A DNA stretch of 64,000 bases, from IMG/VR virus record IMGVR_UViG_3300021962_000066, positions 1 through 64,000 of that record. One strand, given 5' to 3'. Source of the DNA: a virus. Within the stretch, counting starts at the first letter, position 1; every line of letters starts with the position of its first letter. The translations under genes were made by a program, and so were the position numbers. This document shows positions 36,553 through 47,004 of the stretch, piece after piece. The notes beneath the pieces were generated by a model. It worked only from the letters and a program-made list of their open reading frames with translations, was not told the origin of the DNA and did no database searches.

Positions 36553-37131
36553 CTAAGATCTTTGTGTACCGTCAATATTAACCCTCTTACCAGTCGCTCC
36601 GCCGTATGGTACCTCGATGGTAGTGGCTTCTTCCGCTCCGGTTTTATTGTCTCTAATCGTAACTGAGTAGGTACCAGCATTTAAAGCAGATTTAGTAAAG
36701 ACGGTTTGTGTATCGGGGTTTATGGTAACCGCCGGATCAGATCCTACTGTGATGACGGCCAGACGTGCACTAGCAAACTGTGCAAACGAAGTTTGCGATA
36801 TAGTGATTACAATCGTCCCATTATTAAGAGTTTTGTATTTCGATGGGGTTTCCGGCGTCGACGTGATCAGCGCCTTCAGTATCTGAGCGCCTTTAAACTC
36901 ACCAAAACTAAACGGTTCACCCGGAGTTAAATTTTCAACTTCACCATATTGAACAAACAAATCGTTAATTTCAGAGATCTTTGAATTAGATCTATTTGTT
37001 TCCCTACTAGCGAGCGAACTTACATCGCTGCCCTGTAACGTCGCATTTAAACTACGCGTAGAGGTGGCCGCAGCACCTACGGAGATGGGTGCTGCGGCGT
37101 CATTTGGTATTGCTGTACCGGCATGTGGCAT
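36553..37131 (-). CDS. Small fibre-tip/adhesin-like virion protein
   Basis: Ala/Ser/Thr-rich; PIS...P.SF.EF.G N-terminal attachment-like motif; Ig-like C-terminus (LNAGTYSVTIRD). Confidence 0.55.
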   Translation of the reverse strand: MPHAGTAIPNDAAAPISVGAAATSTRSLNATLQGSDVSSLASRETNRSNSKISEINDLFVQYGEVENLTPGEPFSFGEFKGAQILKALITSTPETPSKYKTLNNGTIVITISQTSFAQFASARLAVITVGSDPAVTINPDTQTVFTKSALNAGTYSVTIRDNKTGAEEATTIEVPYGGATGKRVNIDGTQRS

Positions 37132-37157
37132 ATTTTAATTATGTATTATTATATTGA

Positions 37158-38042
37158 TTACTCACTATACTCAACTTGTATGTATATATCGTCTGCTACA
37201 TATGGCATACCCGGACCATATTGTGTAGTAATCAGAGCACCAAGACTACTGTATGTAGAGAAGAGTGTTGAGGTAGTGGATAAATAGTTGGCTACGTTTA
37301 TAACATCGCCTTCACTTAAAGTGATAGCTGATATAGGGTATGCGCTAGATGAACTCGAGGATAACCCCATATAGTAAGCACCAGATACGTTATAATCTAT
37401 AGTAACGTCATACCCGTTAATATTAACGTTCTGTACTTGGAATACTTGATTACTTAAACTCGTAGTATAACCGACATAGAATCTCTCGTACGCTATCATA
37501 GCGCTATCCATCTGAACATTCAGATAGTTATTATACTTAGCCTCAGATTTATTCTTTAAGTCGACGATTATTTGACGACCAAAATCTGTTATTCTAATTC
37601 GGGCATTCTTAATCTCTGCTGTAGCACTGTTTGGACTATATAAAGTGAACGGATGAGTAACTGTGCTAAGATTGTCGGTCTTAGTTATAAAGCTATACGC
37701 ATTAGCGGGTCCTCTGAGGCATATAGTGTTAGGGTTTGCAGCGGAAGTACCGCCCGTACCGGTGGAACTTAATGAGAACTGCCCGCTAAAATCGAAGCCG
37801 ATTCCTAATTGAGCATCTTTAATACCAGATACGCCCGAGACCGAGCTATAGCACATGCCTGCAGACAAAGTGTACCCGTCGGGTGCAACTCTATAATACG
37901 GTAAAAATCCCAATACAAAGCCACCGTCTATAACATTATTAGTACTATATGCCTTATAATCAATAGTTATCGTTAGATCTTTACTGTATACGTCAAAGAT
38001 CTTAGTAAAAACTATTGATTCCTGAATTGGTGTAAATGGCAT
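37158..38042 (-). CDS. Legume (L-type) lectin-like domain structural protein
   Basis: GGFVLGF...LGIGFDFSG...PNTICLRG...YVGYT pattern. Confidence 0.6.
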   Translation of the reverse strand: MPFTPIQESIVFTKIFDVYSKDLTITIDYKAYSTNNVIDGGFVLGFLPYYRVAPDGYTLSAGMCYSSVSGVSGIKDAQLGIGFDFSGQFSLSSTGTGGTSAANPNTICLRGPANAYSFITKTDNLSTVTHPFTLYSPNSATAEIKNARIRITDFGRQIIVDLKNKSEAKYNNYLNVQMDSAMIAYERFYVGYTTSLSNQVFQVQNVNINGYDVTIDYNVSGAYYMGLSSSSSSAYPISAITLSEGDVINVANYLSTTSTLFSTYSSLGALITTQYGPGMPYVADDIYIQVEYSE

Positions 38043-38051
38043 ATATATAGA

Positions 38052-41039
38052 CTAATTAAATGTTAAGAAGTCGTTAGCTACAGTAAAGCTTGCAGAGCGG
38101 CTAGGTGTTAATGTCTTGGTAAATATAATATCGCTATAAGCGCTATTACCGAAATTTTCAGAGTGTAAAAACATATCCGGCTTATAAACGTGTGCACTTA
38201 AATTATATAAGGTTGAGCTCAGTTTAAAAGTAAACTCAACATCATAGAACATATTAGACGGATCTTTGCCAATGTACTTTAATATATACTTACCGGTATC
38301 GTATCCATAACTCAATACCGGTCTTTCGATGAGAGTAAAATTAATGAAAGGTATGTAGTTGCCAGGAGAATAGCTGGATAAAGATGATAGCGAGAAGAAT
38401 CCAATATCTGCAGGACCGGAGCTAAGCGGTGGGTATACTCTCTGTATACTCTCGCCAGTATACTTGTATATATCAAAGTAAATCGCTCGTGAATTGGTCG
38501 CGCTCGCAGCAGGTAGTATATTAGTTTTTGCAACATAAAGTGAATCCTTTACTTCATCGTACCAGGTGTTCGAAAAGTGATTATACTGGTTATTATCCCC
38601 TCTAACTAAATAATTTATCTCCCCGCCAAACGGCAGGTACTTCTCGGTGGTGATATTATACTTTAACTTATTAAAGGTTAAATAATTCTCCGTCTCTATA
38701 ATTAGAATATTATTAACCACGTCAAAGTGCTTAACCTTTACGCGAAGCTCGTTCGCCACGGCGATCGGGTACTTGGTAAAGATATCGTTGAGTACAGTCG
38801 ACGCGTGAGCTACGATGGTATCTCCTGCATTTCTGAAGTACATGGTACCGTAGACATTATACTGATCGTGAAAGGAGATACTTGCTGATAGTTGCCCGGA
38901 GGCAGATGAGAACGTAGTAGTGGCTGAGGGAAGCGTATTATCTAAATACACGTTTTGATTAAAGTAATCTCTAGTAATAATGATCGGCGAAGCATCTTCA
39001 CCGCGGTTTAAGAAAGGACCGCAATCATTATAGCCAAATCCTGATAGAGGGAACGCGCTATAAATATATGCCCCTGATACCTGGCATTCTGTAGTATCGT
39101 TATCGATATAAGCAGAAGCATACGAGTAATCAACGAAGTTATAGGAACGTAGGGTTACTAGCGGAGTAGTTGCATTAAATAGTAAGCTATCGCTGACTAC
39201 GAAAGTGAAGCTTAGATCAGCCTTACAGAATTCTAATTCAGGAAAGAATCTAGCTCCCTTTACTATATAGCTTACACTTAAGCCAGTGAAGCCGGCTGTA
39301 TTCGTATCGAGCTCTATTATACCTGAAGCAGGTAGGTTCCAAGTACCGCCTGATATAGTCATGAATTCGTTACCATTTAACTCAAGACAATAAGAAGTCG
39401 GGCCTAACTCGATCTGTCTAATACTTTCAGGGTCCTTTGCCTTATATATCTCTTTATATAATCCAAAACTATTACCATGTAGATCCTGCCTAAATTGTAC
39501 CTGTGTTTGATTGTCAGTGAATAATAAGTAATCTGTTCGACTACCTATCGGCTGAAAGTTACTCGAAGTCTTGGGGAATACATCGTTATTATCCCATATT
39601 GTTTTCTTGGGACCCGCGAAGAAATCGTAACTATCAAAAGCTCTCGATATACCGGTAGGATCGTGATTTAGTGATTCAGATCGAGATTGGTATCCCTTAA
39701 ACTTGGTTATAAAATCGGTAATCGCGTTACCAAACCCGGCTGTATTAGTTATAGAGTTCTTAAATTGAGATACTATCTCAGTGTAACTGAAAGGATTATC
39801 AATTAAGGTTCTGCTTAATCCGGCAATATTGCCATACTTATTTGGATCCGGAAAAACGTATATTTTACTTTTTTCGAGATCATTAATTGAACCTTCGATA
39901 TCAAAGGCAATAAAATTTTGTATGCCCTGTTTATCTGCCTTAAAGAAGCCGCCGATACTCTGTAACGTTGCGAGTTTCTCACTTTCGATCTGTAAGATCG
40001 TTGGAAATCTTCTATTTAGATAATTACTGAATTCGTTTGCTTCAAATAGCTTACCGTAGGTAAATTGTAGTTGATCGTTAGTAGAGAGATAGTAGAAGGT
40101 AGTGCCTGAAAATGTTTCAAGCGTATCTTTCAGGATATTCAGGTTTAAATTACCGGTATCGAGATTATTAATTAGACTAGTAAAATTCTGATCCTTTAAG
40201 AACTGTAAGTCATCACTAGTAAACTTAAAGTCAATAGCAAAATTAGTACCCAACGACTCGAGTATGATCGGGTACTTCTCGATCTCTTTGATAATACTAT
40301 TATCGAAATCTAAGAATAATTCCGGGTCAAATTCGTAACTATTACCGTCAAAATATGTCTTGCGATCGCCCGTAGCATCATAGGCAGATACAGACAATGC
40401 AGGATTTATGTCATAATAGTTGGTCTCAGTATCATACAGCTCATCAAACGATACAGAGAAAGTATTCTTTATATCAGCTTTAGTTATCCCCTCTTCTTTA
40501 AAAAGCTTATTAATCTTTGGGTCGAGAAAACTACTCTCAATAGTCTCGCGAATAATTTTATCAAATGAGTAATTAGAGCTCTTAAGATTATGTCTATAAG
40601 GGGTAGACTTAATCTCATCACGTGCCGACGCATAATACAAGCATATATCTTTTATCTTGCGAACAAAGAGAGGTATAATTGCAGCTACTTGCTGTGGGTC
40701 CGTATAGTCAGCATTGGTTACAAATCGCTTTTCATCTGCAGTTAGAAAGTTAACAGCAATATTTCTAAACAGCGATACGTATAAGTCTTTTATGGTGTCG
40801 CTGTTTACTGCCTGTGTATCGATGTTAACCTTTTGCCAGTCTAAGATATACTCCTTATATTCTCGAAGAAGAGTACGAGGATCATTCTCTATATTGACAA
40901 AGTACTGAACCCATTGTAAAAAGGCGAGAGGCGACAACTTATCAACAGCGTTAGGGTTATTCCTATCCACCACTATTGATTGTTGTACCGTTAGATCTCT
41001 AAGATCAAGATTTCCAGAGTTTGCGATGCCGACTTCCAT
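38052..41039 (-). CDS. Large baseplate/tail structural protein
   Basis: 995-aa ORF downstream of the baseplate wedge genes. Confidence 0.7.
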   Translation of the reverse strand: MEVGIANSGNLDLRDLTVQQSIVVDRNNPNAVDKLSPLAFLQWVQYFVNIENDPRTLLREYKEYILDWQKVNIDTQAVNSDTIKDLYVSLFRNIAVNFLTADEKRFVTNADYTDPQQVAAIIPLFVRKIKDICLYYASARDEIKSTPYRHNLKSSNYSFDKIIRETIESSFLDPKINKLFKEEGITKADIKNTFSVSFDELYDTETNYYDINPALSVSAYDATGDRKTYFDGNSYEFDPELFLDFDNSIIKEIEKYPIILESLGTNFAIDFKFTSDDLQFLKDQNFTSLINNLDTGNLNLNILKDTLETFSGTTFYYLSTNDQLQFTYGKLFEANEFSNYLNRRFPTILQIESEKLATLQSIGGFFKADKQGIQNFIAFDIEGSINDLEKSKIYVFPDPNKYGNIAGLSRTLIDNPFSYTEIVSQFKNSITNTAGFGNAITDFITKFKGYQSRSESLNHDPTGISRAFDSYDFFAGPKKTIWDNNDVFPKTSSNFQPIGSRTDYLLFTDNQTQVQFRQDLHGNSFGLYKEIYKAKDPESIRQIELGPTSYCLELNGNEFMTISGGTWNLPASGIIELDTNTAGFTGLSVSYIVKGARFFPELEFCKADLSFTFVVSDSLLFNATTPLVTLRSYNFVDYSYASAYIDNDTTECQVSGAYIYSAFPLSGFGYNDCGPFLNRGEDASPIIITRDYFNQNVYLDNTLPSATTTFSSASGQLSASISFHDQYNVYGTMYFRNAGDTIVAHASTVLNDIFTKYPIAVANELRVKVKHFDVVNNILIIETENYLTFNKLKYNITTEKYLPFGGEINYLVRGDNNQYNHFSNTWYDEVKDSLYVAKTNILPAASATNSRAIYFDIYKYTGESIQRVYPPLSSGPADIGFFSLSSLSSYSPGNYIPFINFTLIERPVLSYGYDTGKYILKYIGKDPSNMFYDVEFTFKLSSTLYNLSAHVYKPDMFLHSENFGNSAYSDIIFTKTLTPSRSASFTVANDFLTFN

Positions 41040-41052
41040 AGTACTTTAATAC

Positions 41053-43233
41053 TTAATTGTTGTATGTTATATCAGTAGCGCTAGAGAACAATCTCAAGCC
41101 TTTTGTCAATTCGTAATTGATAATATTATCCATAATCCCATCATCTTTAGACCAATCGACATATGAGCTGGTATAGAAACTTAATGTTGTAGTCGAATCG
41201 CTCCAGTCAATTACTGAATTTTTAATACTACCCTCAGATGTTGGAATATAGGTATAGAATCTAAAATAATCTCCGATTTGAGCTCCGGTAATAGAAGTTG
41301 CTACCGGTATTGCCCAGCCCCAGGTACTGTTAAATGTAGATAACGGTAATATATCAGTAAGATCGATACCCGACAGCTTAGCAGTATATACCAATCGATT
41401 AGCTCCGCTAAATTTCTCATATACTACTATACCCGCACTTACCGGGAAGGTGCTGGATAATATATTTAACTCGGTTCCGATATTGACGGCGAAACTGCTA
41501 CTCGTACTATTACGTCTATTAAAATCTGAGTTAAAGTTATTAATACTACCGAATAGTCCTTTGTGGTTAATACTTAAAATGTCTACTACTCGTTTTACTT
41601 GTGGTGGGTATTCATAGTTTACCGGCTCCAACAGGTGACCTACCTGGTTACTCATCGATACTAATCCTTGAACGTTGGCTGTATCGATATTGCTGTTATT
41701 ATCGGTAAAGTTTGCAATCTTCTCATATACCGTCTTACCAAATTCATACGGCTTACTCGAACCATGACCTAGACCAGCTGATAGTAGTAATAGAAAATTA
41801 TCGAAGTACTTGCTACCGTACTGATACTCCGCATATCTCTGATTACCGAGAAAGTTACCGAAATCGAACCCTTCGTTTACTTTAGCAATACCGTACTTAC
41901 CACTAAACGGGAATACATCGAATAGATTGCTTTCTCCGGTAACTGTCCGTACTATAGCTGAAACATTAAAACCGGATACACTGTAATATAGGGGATCATT
42001 TACTCGAGTATTAGCGACAATTTTTACGTTGACTGCTGTCGCTGAGGGCACAAAATACCCCCTAAAATATCCGCCCACGTCTGTAGGCGCTGCGGAGGTA
42101 AAATCAGAGTAAAATGTGCCAGGCAGTATGGCGTTACTGGCAATTGCAGATAGCGATATGATATAATCCGAACCAAATGTACCTGCTGTTAGAGTAGGGT
42201 AGAACTTCGTAGAGAAATTATCACTGTCTTCGAGTTTTACAATAAAAGGAATTTTAGTATTCTGCCAGCTTATTGCCGGTATATTAAAGGTAGAAAGTAT
42301 AGCATCTCCCTGAGTGTCAATACCGTTAGTTGAAAACGATAGTTTTGTTGCAGGATTATACCTGATTCTAGTATCAGCTATAACTGCAGGAGAAGAATTA
42401 AAGTAATTGGTACCGGTAAAGTTTGATAAATCCCTATCTAGAGTAATATCGTCAACTATCTTACGATTATCTAGAGTGGTGAATATAATAACTGGTGAAC
42501 TACCACTCGATAAGTAATTTTTAGGTTTATCGCTAGTAAAGTATGGGGTTGCATAGCCGGTGCTACCAGCAATTACTGCATCAGTATCTGTAGATAGACA
42601 TTGAATATATTCGCCCGCAGCGTTCTGATTAACGTATATAAGTGTAGAAGTAGTAGCTATAGATGTTATCGGTATATATTCATAGGAATACCCCGCTACT
42701 ACCTTCTCTAAGAACTTACTATTTTGAATTAGATGCGACCATTGACTCGAATTATAACTATCAATATTTATAAAAGGATCGAGGGTACCTGATACGTACA
42801 GGTTAACAGTATAATCGCTACTGTTATTGGCGGGCACAGTTCTCCAGGAACTCTGTCTCAGTATATCGAAGCTTTCAAAGTGACCTGCTTTTACTTCAAA
42901 TGTCGAGGGGGCATCGTTAATGAGATTATCGTATATAAAATCGTGTGCGGTTAATCCGGGGATGTAGCTACCTACAATCGCTTCGCCTTGGCGATTATAT
43001 ACGATAAGACGTACCCCATAGACTCCGGGAAACTTATAATTATGTACTCCAGTTAACCCATCTGAAGTAGTACCGTCACCGAAATCCCACAGCACTTGCT
43101 TACTAGATACTACAATATCTACCTCATCAAGATTGGGTATAAAGGTGAAATTGCAACCCGGCAGAGTGTAACCGGAGAGAGATGCTTCCCCTCGGTAGTT
43201 TAGGGTCTGTATATCTACATAAATATCACTCAT
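41053..43233 (-). CDS. PKD-domain baseplate/tail structural protein
   Basis: WDFGDGT...H.YKFPGVY.V.L PKD signature; follows gp6. Confidence 0.8.
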   Translation of the reverse strand: MSDIYVDIQTLNYRGEASLSGYTLPGCNFTFIPNLDEVDIVVSSKQVLWDFGDGTTSDGLTGVHNYKFPGVYGVRLIVYNRQGEAIVGSYIPGLTAHDFIYDNLINDAPSTFEVKAGHFESFDILRQSSWRTVPANNSSDYTVNLYVSGTLDPFINIDSYNSSQWSHLIQNSKFLEKVVAGYSYEYIPITSIATTSTLIYVNQNAAGEYIQCLSTDTDAVIAGSTGYATPYFTSDKPKNYLSSGSSPVIIFTTLDNRKIVDDITLDRDLSNFTGTNYFNSSPAVIADTRIRYNPATKLSFSTNGIDTQGDAILSTFNIPAISWQNTKIPFIVKLEDSDNFSTKFYPTLTAGTFGSDYIISLSAIASNAILPGTFYSDFTSAAPTDVGGYFRGYFVPSATAVNVKIVANTRVNDPLYYSVSGFNVSAIVRTVTGESNLFDVFPFSGKYGIAKVNEGFDFGNFLGNQRYAEYQYGSKYFDNFLLLLSAGLGHGSSKPYEFGKTVYEKIANFTDNNSNIDTANVQGLVSMSNQVGHLLEPVNYEYPPQVKRVVDILSINHKGLFGSINNFNSDFNRRNSTSSSFAVNIGTELNILSSTFPVSAGIVVYEKFSGANRLVYTAKLSGIDLTDILPLSTFNSTWGWAIPVATSITGAQIGDYFRFYTYIPTSEGSIKNSVIDWSDSTTTLSFYTSSYVDWSKDDGIMDNIINYELTKGLRLFSSATDITYNN

Positions 43234-45053
43234 TCTGATGCAAGAACAATCTTATTAATAAAGTCGATTGAATTACTTAAGTATGGAAATTTAAAGTAGG
43301 GCAGAGTCAGATTTTGCTGCACTACTGCTATATCAGTTTCTGGATATACTGGGTTAAAGATTAACAAGCTAATACCGGGAAACTGTATCCTACCGCCACT
43401 ACTAGTTCTTACTGTTCTAAAGTTGCTCACCCCTTCAATATTAATTATCTTAGATGATAGGTCAGTTAAATTAATGAGTACCCCTAAATTATCGTTAGTA
43501 GTCTTAAAGAAGTCGGTAAGGATTTTCGCTACTTGTGCCTGAATCGAACTAAAATTTCGTCTGAGGGCACCATTAACTATAACCTCTAGGGTCGTCTCAT
43601 CAGCTATACTCGGTGTAAGTGCTTCGCCAACATTACCGAGACCGAAGCCTACCTCTACGTAAACTGGATCTACCGGAACTATTTCAGATGTACTGATCTT
43701 ATACGGGTTTAGTTTATCGATGATAAATTGCTTTTGTGCGCCATTTAAATAGTTAACCCGCGTAGTAAGAGAGGTAACTAGATCAATTTTTGGTACAGCG
43801 TAGACGTAGGTATTATTAAAGTTGCAGCTAGAGCTAAACTTAACCTGATTAAACATTAATCTACTCGCTATCGACGGTCTTTCTACCCCTAGATCGAAAT
43901 AATATTTTAAATGGCCGCTGATATAATCTGCATTATTCACTACTCGAGAGCTACTAATAATATTGCCGAAATTCTTCTTTACATAGGTCTCTACGTCTCC
44001 AGTAGTCGATAGCCGATATTGTGCTCTATAGGTATTTAGTGCATTTTCCTTAATACTAGCTACCCCCTCTGCTTCTGAGGATTTAGTAGATGGTGATATA
44101 TTTATAAATTGTAATGAACCTGCTTCTTCTGATGTAACAACTACAAGATTCTGCGCGAGCGTATCTGTCAGAATATTTTGAAACTGCTCGGAGTTGTATA
44201 ATACCAGCTGTCTATCATCAATTCCGCCAGCCGGTATTTCTCCAGTCGGACCGTCTGTCTTTAAAAAATAAATCGCGATCTCATCACCTTGATTAAGCTG
44301 CTTACCAAAGGTACCGTTACCGAACTTAATATCATATCTACCGTTCTCATTGAGTCTAATTTGATATACGAGACTATCGGATTGCTCTAGGAATAATGAT
44401 TCAGTAGGCCGGTACTGAGTATATACCGGATTGAGTACGGAGTTATCTCTTACATATACATCAATGTTGAAGTGGTCGATCTGTACGTTATTAATACCAT
44501 CTACAGATGTTATCGTCAGCAGTTCGTAAGGCTCACCAGTAGCTACTGCTACTGGGTATTCGACGTAGGTACCTTGATATAATAGATTGTTATCTGAAAA
44601 CTCAGTTAGATTCTCCGCAGCAGTCAATGTTTTAGTAAAGGTTGCATCTTTAGTAAAGGCGTACTGTATACCGTTAGTAACAAAGTATGAATATCTAGGT
44701 ATAGTATAGCTATTAGCAGCCAGATTATCAGGAGCAGTAACATTAAAATTAAGAGTAGCAGACTGAACACCAATCGGATTATAGTTAAGTAATTTAACTA
44801 TTTTATTAATATTCTCATTGAGTGTTGCTTGCGAATACAGGCTCTCGCTAGAGGTTTGATTGAGGTAGAATAGTAGCGTATGATACGAATATGATATAAT
44901 ATCTAGTACCTGATTAATATTACTGCCTTCAAAATTTTGATCTGTAAATACGCCCGAGTTGTTGAGTCGGTCAATAATAAGAGTTTTTAGGCTAGTCGCA
45001 TCGAAAGCCGCGTAACTATTATTATCTATCTTAAATGTATTGTCGTTAGCCAT
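43230..45053 (-). CDS. gp6: Baseplate wedge subunit (T4 gp6-like)
   Basis: FD..SLK...FTDQNFEGSN, LLNY.P, I.FGNG.FGK, RLST..D motifs. Confidence 0.9.
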   Translation of the reverse strand: MANDNTFKIDNNSYAAFDATSLKTLIIDRLNNSGVFTDQNFEGSNINQVLDIISYSYHTLLFYLNQTSSESLYSQATLNENINKIVKLLNYNPIGVQSATLNFNVTAPDNLAANSYTIPRYSYFVTNGIQYAFTKDATFTKTLTAAENLTEFSDNNLLYQGTYVEYPVAVATGEPYELLTITSVDGINNVQIDHFNIDVYVRDNSVLNPVYTQYRPTESLFLEQSDSLVYQIRLNENGRYDIKFGNGTFGKQLNQGDEIAIYFLKTDGPTGEIPAGGIDDRQLVLYNSEQFQNILTDTLAQNLVVVTSEEAGSLQFINISPSTKSSEAEGVASIKENALNTYRAQYRLSTTGDVETYVKKNFGNIISSSRVVNNADYISGHLKYYFDLGVERPSIASRLMFNQVKFSSSCNFNNTYVYAVPKIDLVTSLTTRVNYLNGAQKQFIIDKLNPYKISTSEIVPVDPVYVEVGFGLGNVGEALTPSIADETTLEVIVNGALRRNFSSIQAQVAKILTDFFKTTNDNLGVLINLTDLSSKIINIEGVSNFRTVRTSSGGRIQFPGISLLIFNPVYPETDIAVVQQNLTLPYFKFPYLSNSIDFINKIVLASE

Positions 45054-45529
45054 TATATAAATGTAAAGCCTGAATTATTTAAGCTACCTACTAATAGTAT
45101 CATGTTATTTTTAAGTGCCGGTACATTTAAAATGATGTCAATTTCGTATCGGTTGTTGTCTTCGTCTTTATACACGGTTACCTTATCTGGTATAACTCGT
45201 GGTTCGTATCGTCTGATACCATCTATAACTGCGTCACCTAATAGTTCACCATTATCATTACTTACAGGTAAAAATAAGAATCTTTGTAAACCGGAGCCGT
45301 ACTCAGGATTTAATATTTTCTGACCTTTTGTAGTGTTAAATAGAGTTATAAGAGAATTTCTAATAGCTTGCTCATCAAAATCAGCAAGCGCATCACTACT
45401 TACGTTGTCGTCAAAATACGCTATACCTCTGGGTATACCAAATTGTAGGTCTAAATGTAGATCTTTAAATACTTTGCCAGTATCGACATTTTTTACCTGA
45501 CTTAGAGATGTTAGCGTGATATTAGCCAT
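45053..45529 (-). CDS. gp25: Baseplate wedge subunit (T4 gp25-like)
   Basis: AIRNSL..LFNT.KG.K.LNPEYGS.L...LF, YEPRV. Confidence 0.9.
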   Translation of the reverse strand: MANITLTSLSQVKNVDTGKVFKDLHLDLQFGIPRGIAYFDDNVSSDALADFDEQAIRNSLITLFNTTKGQKILNPEYGSGLQRFLFLPVSNDNGELLGDAVIDGIRRYEPRVIPDKVTVYKDEDNNRYEIDIILNVPALKNNMILLVGSLNNSGFTFI

Positions 45530-45578
45530 TATTAAGTATTTATTGTGTAAAATTGAAACCTAGAGGATAAATAATTCT

Positions 45579-46091
45579 GTGAAGAAAAGGTTTATACGGT
45601 TATACGAAAATAACATCGATCGCTTTACTAATGGTGGATTTTTAGTCGGCGATGTCGTCAAAATTAAACCAGGTTCCTATAACCATAAAGCTTTCGAAGG
45701 CCGAGAGGAGATAAAAGCTCAGATCAAGTCTCTTATAGACTCCGATCTCAATATTCGCATTATAAACATTAAAAACAAATATCCTGGGGTGATGGGCGCG
45801 AATAACACCGACTATATTAACCCATTTAATCGAACAGTAGATATAGGCCAAGAAATAATGCCGGGTAGATATTACAACACTACGAGTGTTCCCGGCGAAA
45901 TACTCGAACGTGTACCTACTTATCCCAACCTACCGCCGATTCCTGACTCAATGAAGCGAGCAGATAAGTCTCACATTGATACTAAAGAGGTTGAAAATAC
46001 CGACAAAAATAGAAGTCTTCATAATACAAATATAAAGATACCTTCTGTTGATGCAAAGCCTACTACGGCAATGTATTTGCCGAAGAAGTAG
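45579..46091 (+). CDS. Late hypothetical protein
   Basis: GATAAATA upstream; GTG start; KRFIRLYE tag. Confidence 0.7.
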   Translation: MKKRFIRLYENNIDRFTNGGFLVGDVVKIKPGSYNHKAFEGREEIKAQIKSLIDSDLNIRIINIKNKYPGVMGANNTDYINPFNRTVDIGQEIMPGRYYNTTSVPGEILERVPTYPNLPPIPDSMKRADKSHIDTKEVENTDKNRSLHNTNIKIPSVDAKPTTAMYLPKK

Positions 46092-47004
46092 CATTCTGCG
46101 TTAAACAGATAAAGCAAGCATAGCTATTGATCTCCTGATCAACTACAAATGCCGATCGGTAGAGATACTCAGAGATTATAAGCAGATATACTTTCTTTGT
46201 CTCTATATTCGTCTCCACCCTATCTACATATTTGAAGGTCTCTCTCAGCAAGTTTACATAATCGCTATTAAACTTTATCTCATTATTAATCAAGTAACGC
46301 CGTAGTTCAGTTATATTCTTTTTAACTACAAATTCGTACAGCTCTGGAATTACACTCTGTACCGTGCAGGTATCTAGTACTAGTTCACCGTTGATCGAAT
46401 TTTTTTGCAGCTCGTTAATACAGCGTCTAACATCTGGGTAGATTCCTCTAACAAACTGTACAAATTGCTTAGGATCAGTCACCTTAATACCCTCGCTCTT
46501 AATAATTTTAAAACATCTCTTTACGACTGCATCGAGCGGTGGGGTCAAGTCAAGAGTCTGACAGCGACTAATTAGTGCAGGTATGATCTTGTATTTGTAG
46601 TTACCGGTAAGAATGAATCGGGTATAACCTGAATATTCTTCCATGGTATTACGTAGAGCTCGCTGTGCATCTACAGATAATGCATCAGCCTCGTCAAGGA
46701 TGATTACCTTAATCTTACCGTCAAAACTCTTTGTCTTCGAAAAGGTAATTACTTTGTTTCTAATAGTATCAATACCATTTTCGTCAGATGCATTAATATA
46801 CATATACTGACAATTCAATACATCAGTAACTAGAACTTTTGATAGGGTACTCTTACCGATGCCCGGGCTACCTATTAAAAGTAGATTAGGTATCTCTTTC
46901 TTTTTATTGAACTCTTCAATAATAGATAAGTTATTAGGCGATAGAATAATATCCGCCAGTACCCTTGGTCGATATTTCTCGACGTATAGATTATCGAAGT
47001 TCAT
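46063..47004 (-). CDS. gp44: Clamp loader AAA+ subunit (T4 gp44/RFC-like)
   Basis: VEKYRP, GSPGIGKS, INASDENG, ILDEAD, AQRALR, SRC motifs. Confidence 0.95.
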   Translation of the reverse strand: MNFDNLYVEKYRPRVLADIILSPNNLSIIEEFNKKKEIPNLLLIGSPGIGKSTLSKVLVTDVLNCQYMYINASDENGIDTIRNKVITFSKTKSFDGKIKVIILDEADALSVDAQRALRNTMEEYSGYTRFILTGNYKYKIIPALISRCQTLDLTPPLDAVVKRCFKIIKSEGIKVTDPKQFVQFVRGIYPDVRRCINELQKNSINGELVLDTCTVQSVIPELYEFVVKKNITELRRYLINNEIKFNSDYVNLLRETFKYVDRVETNIETKKVYLLIISEYLYRSAFVVDQEINSYACFICLTQNATSSANTLP

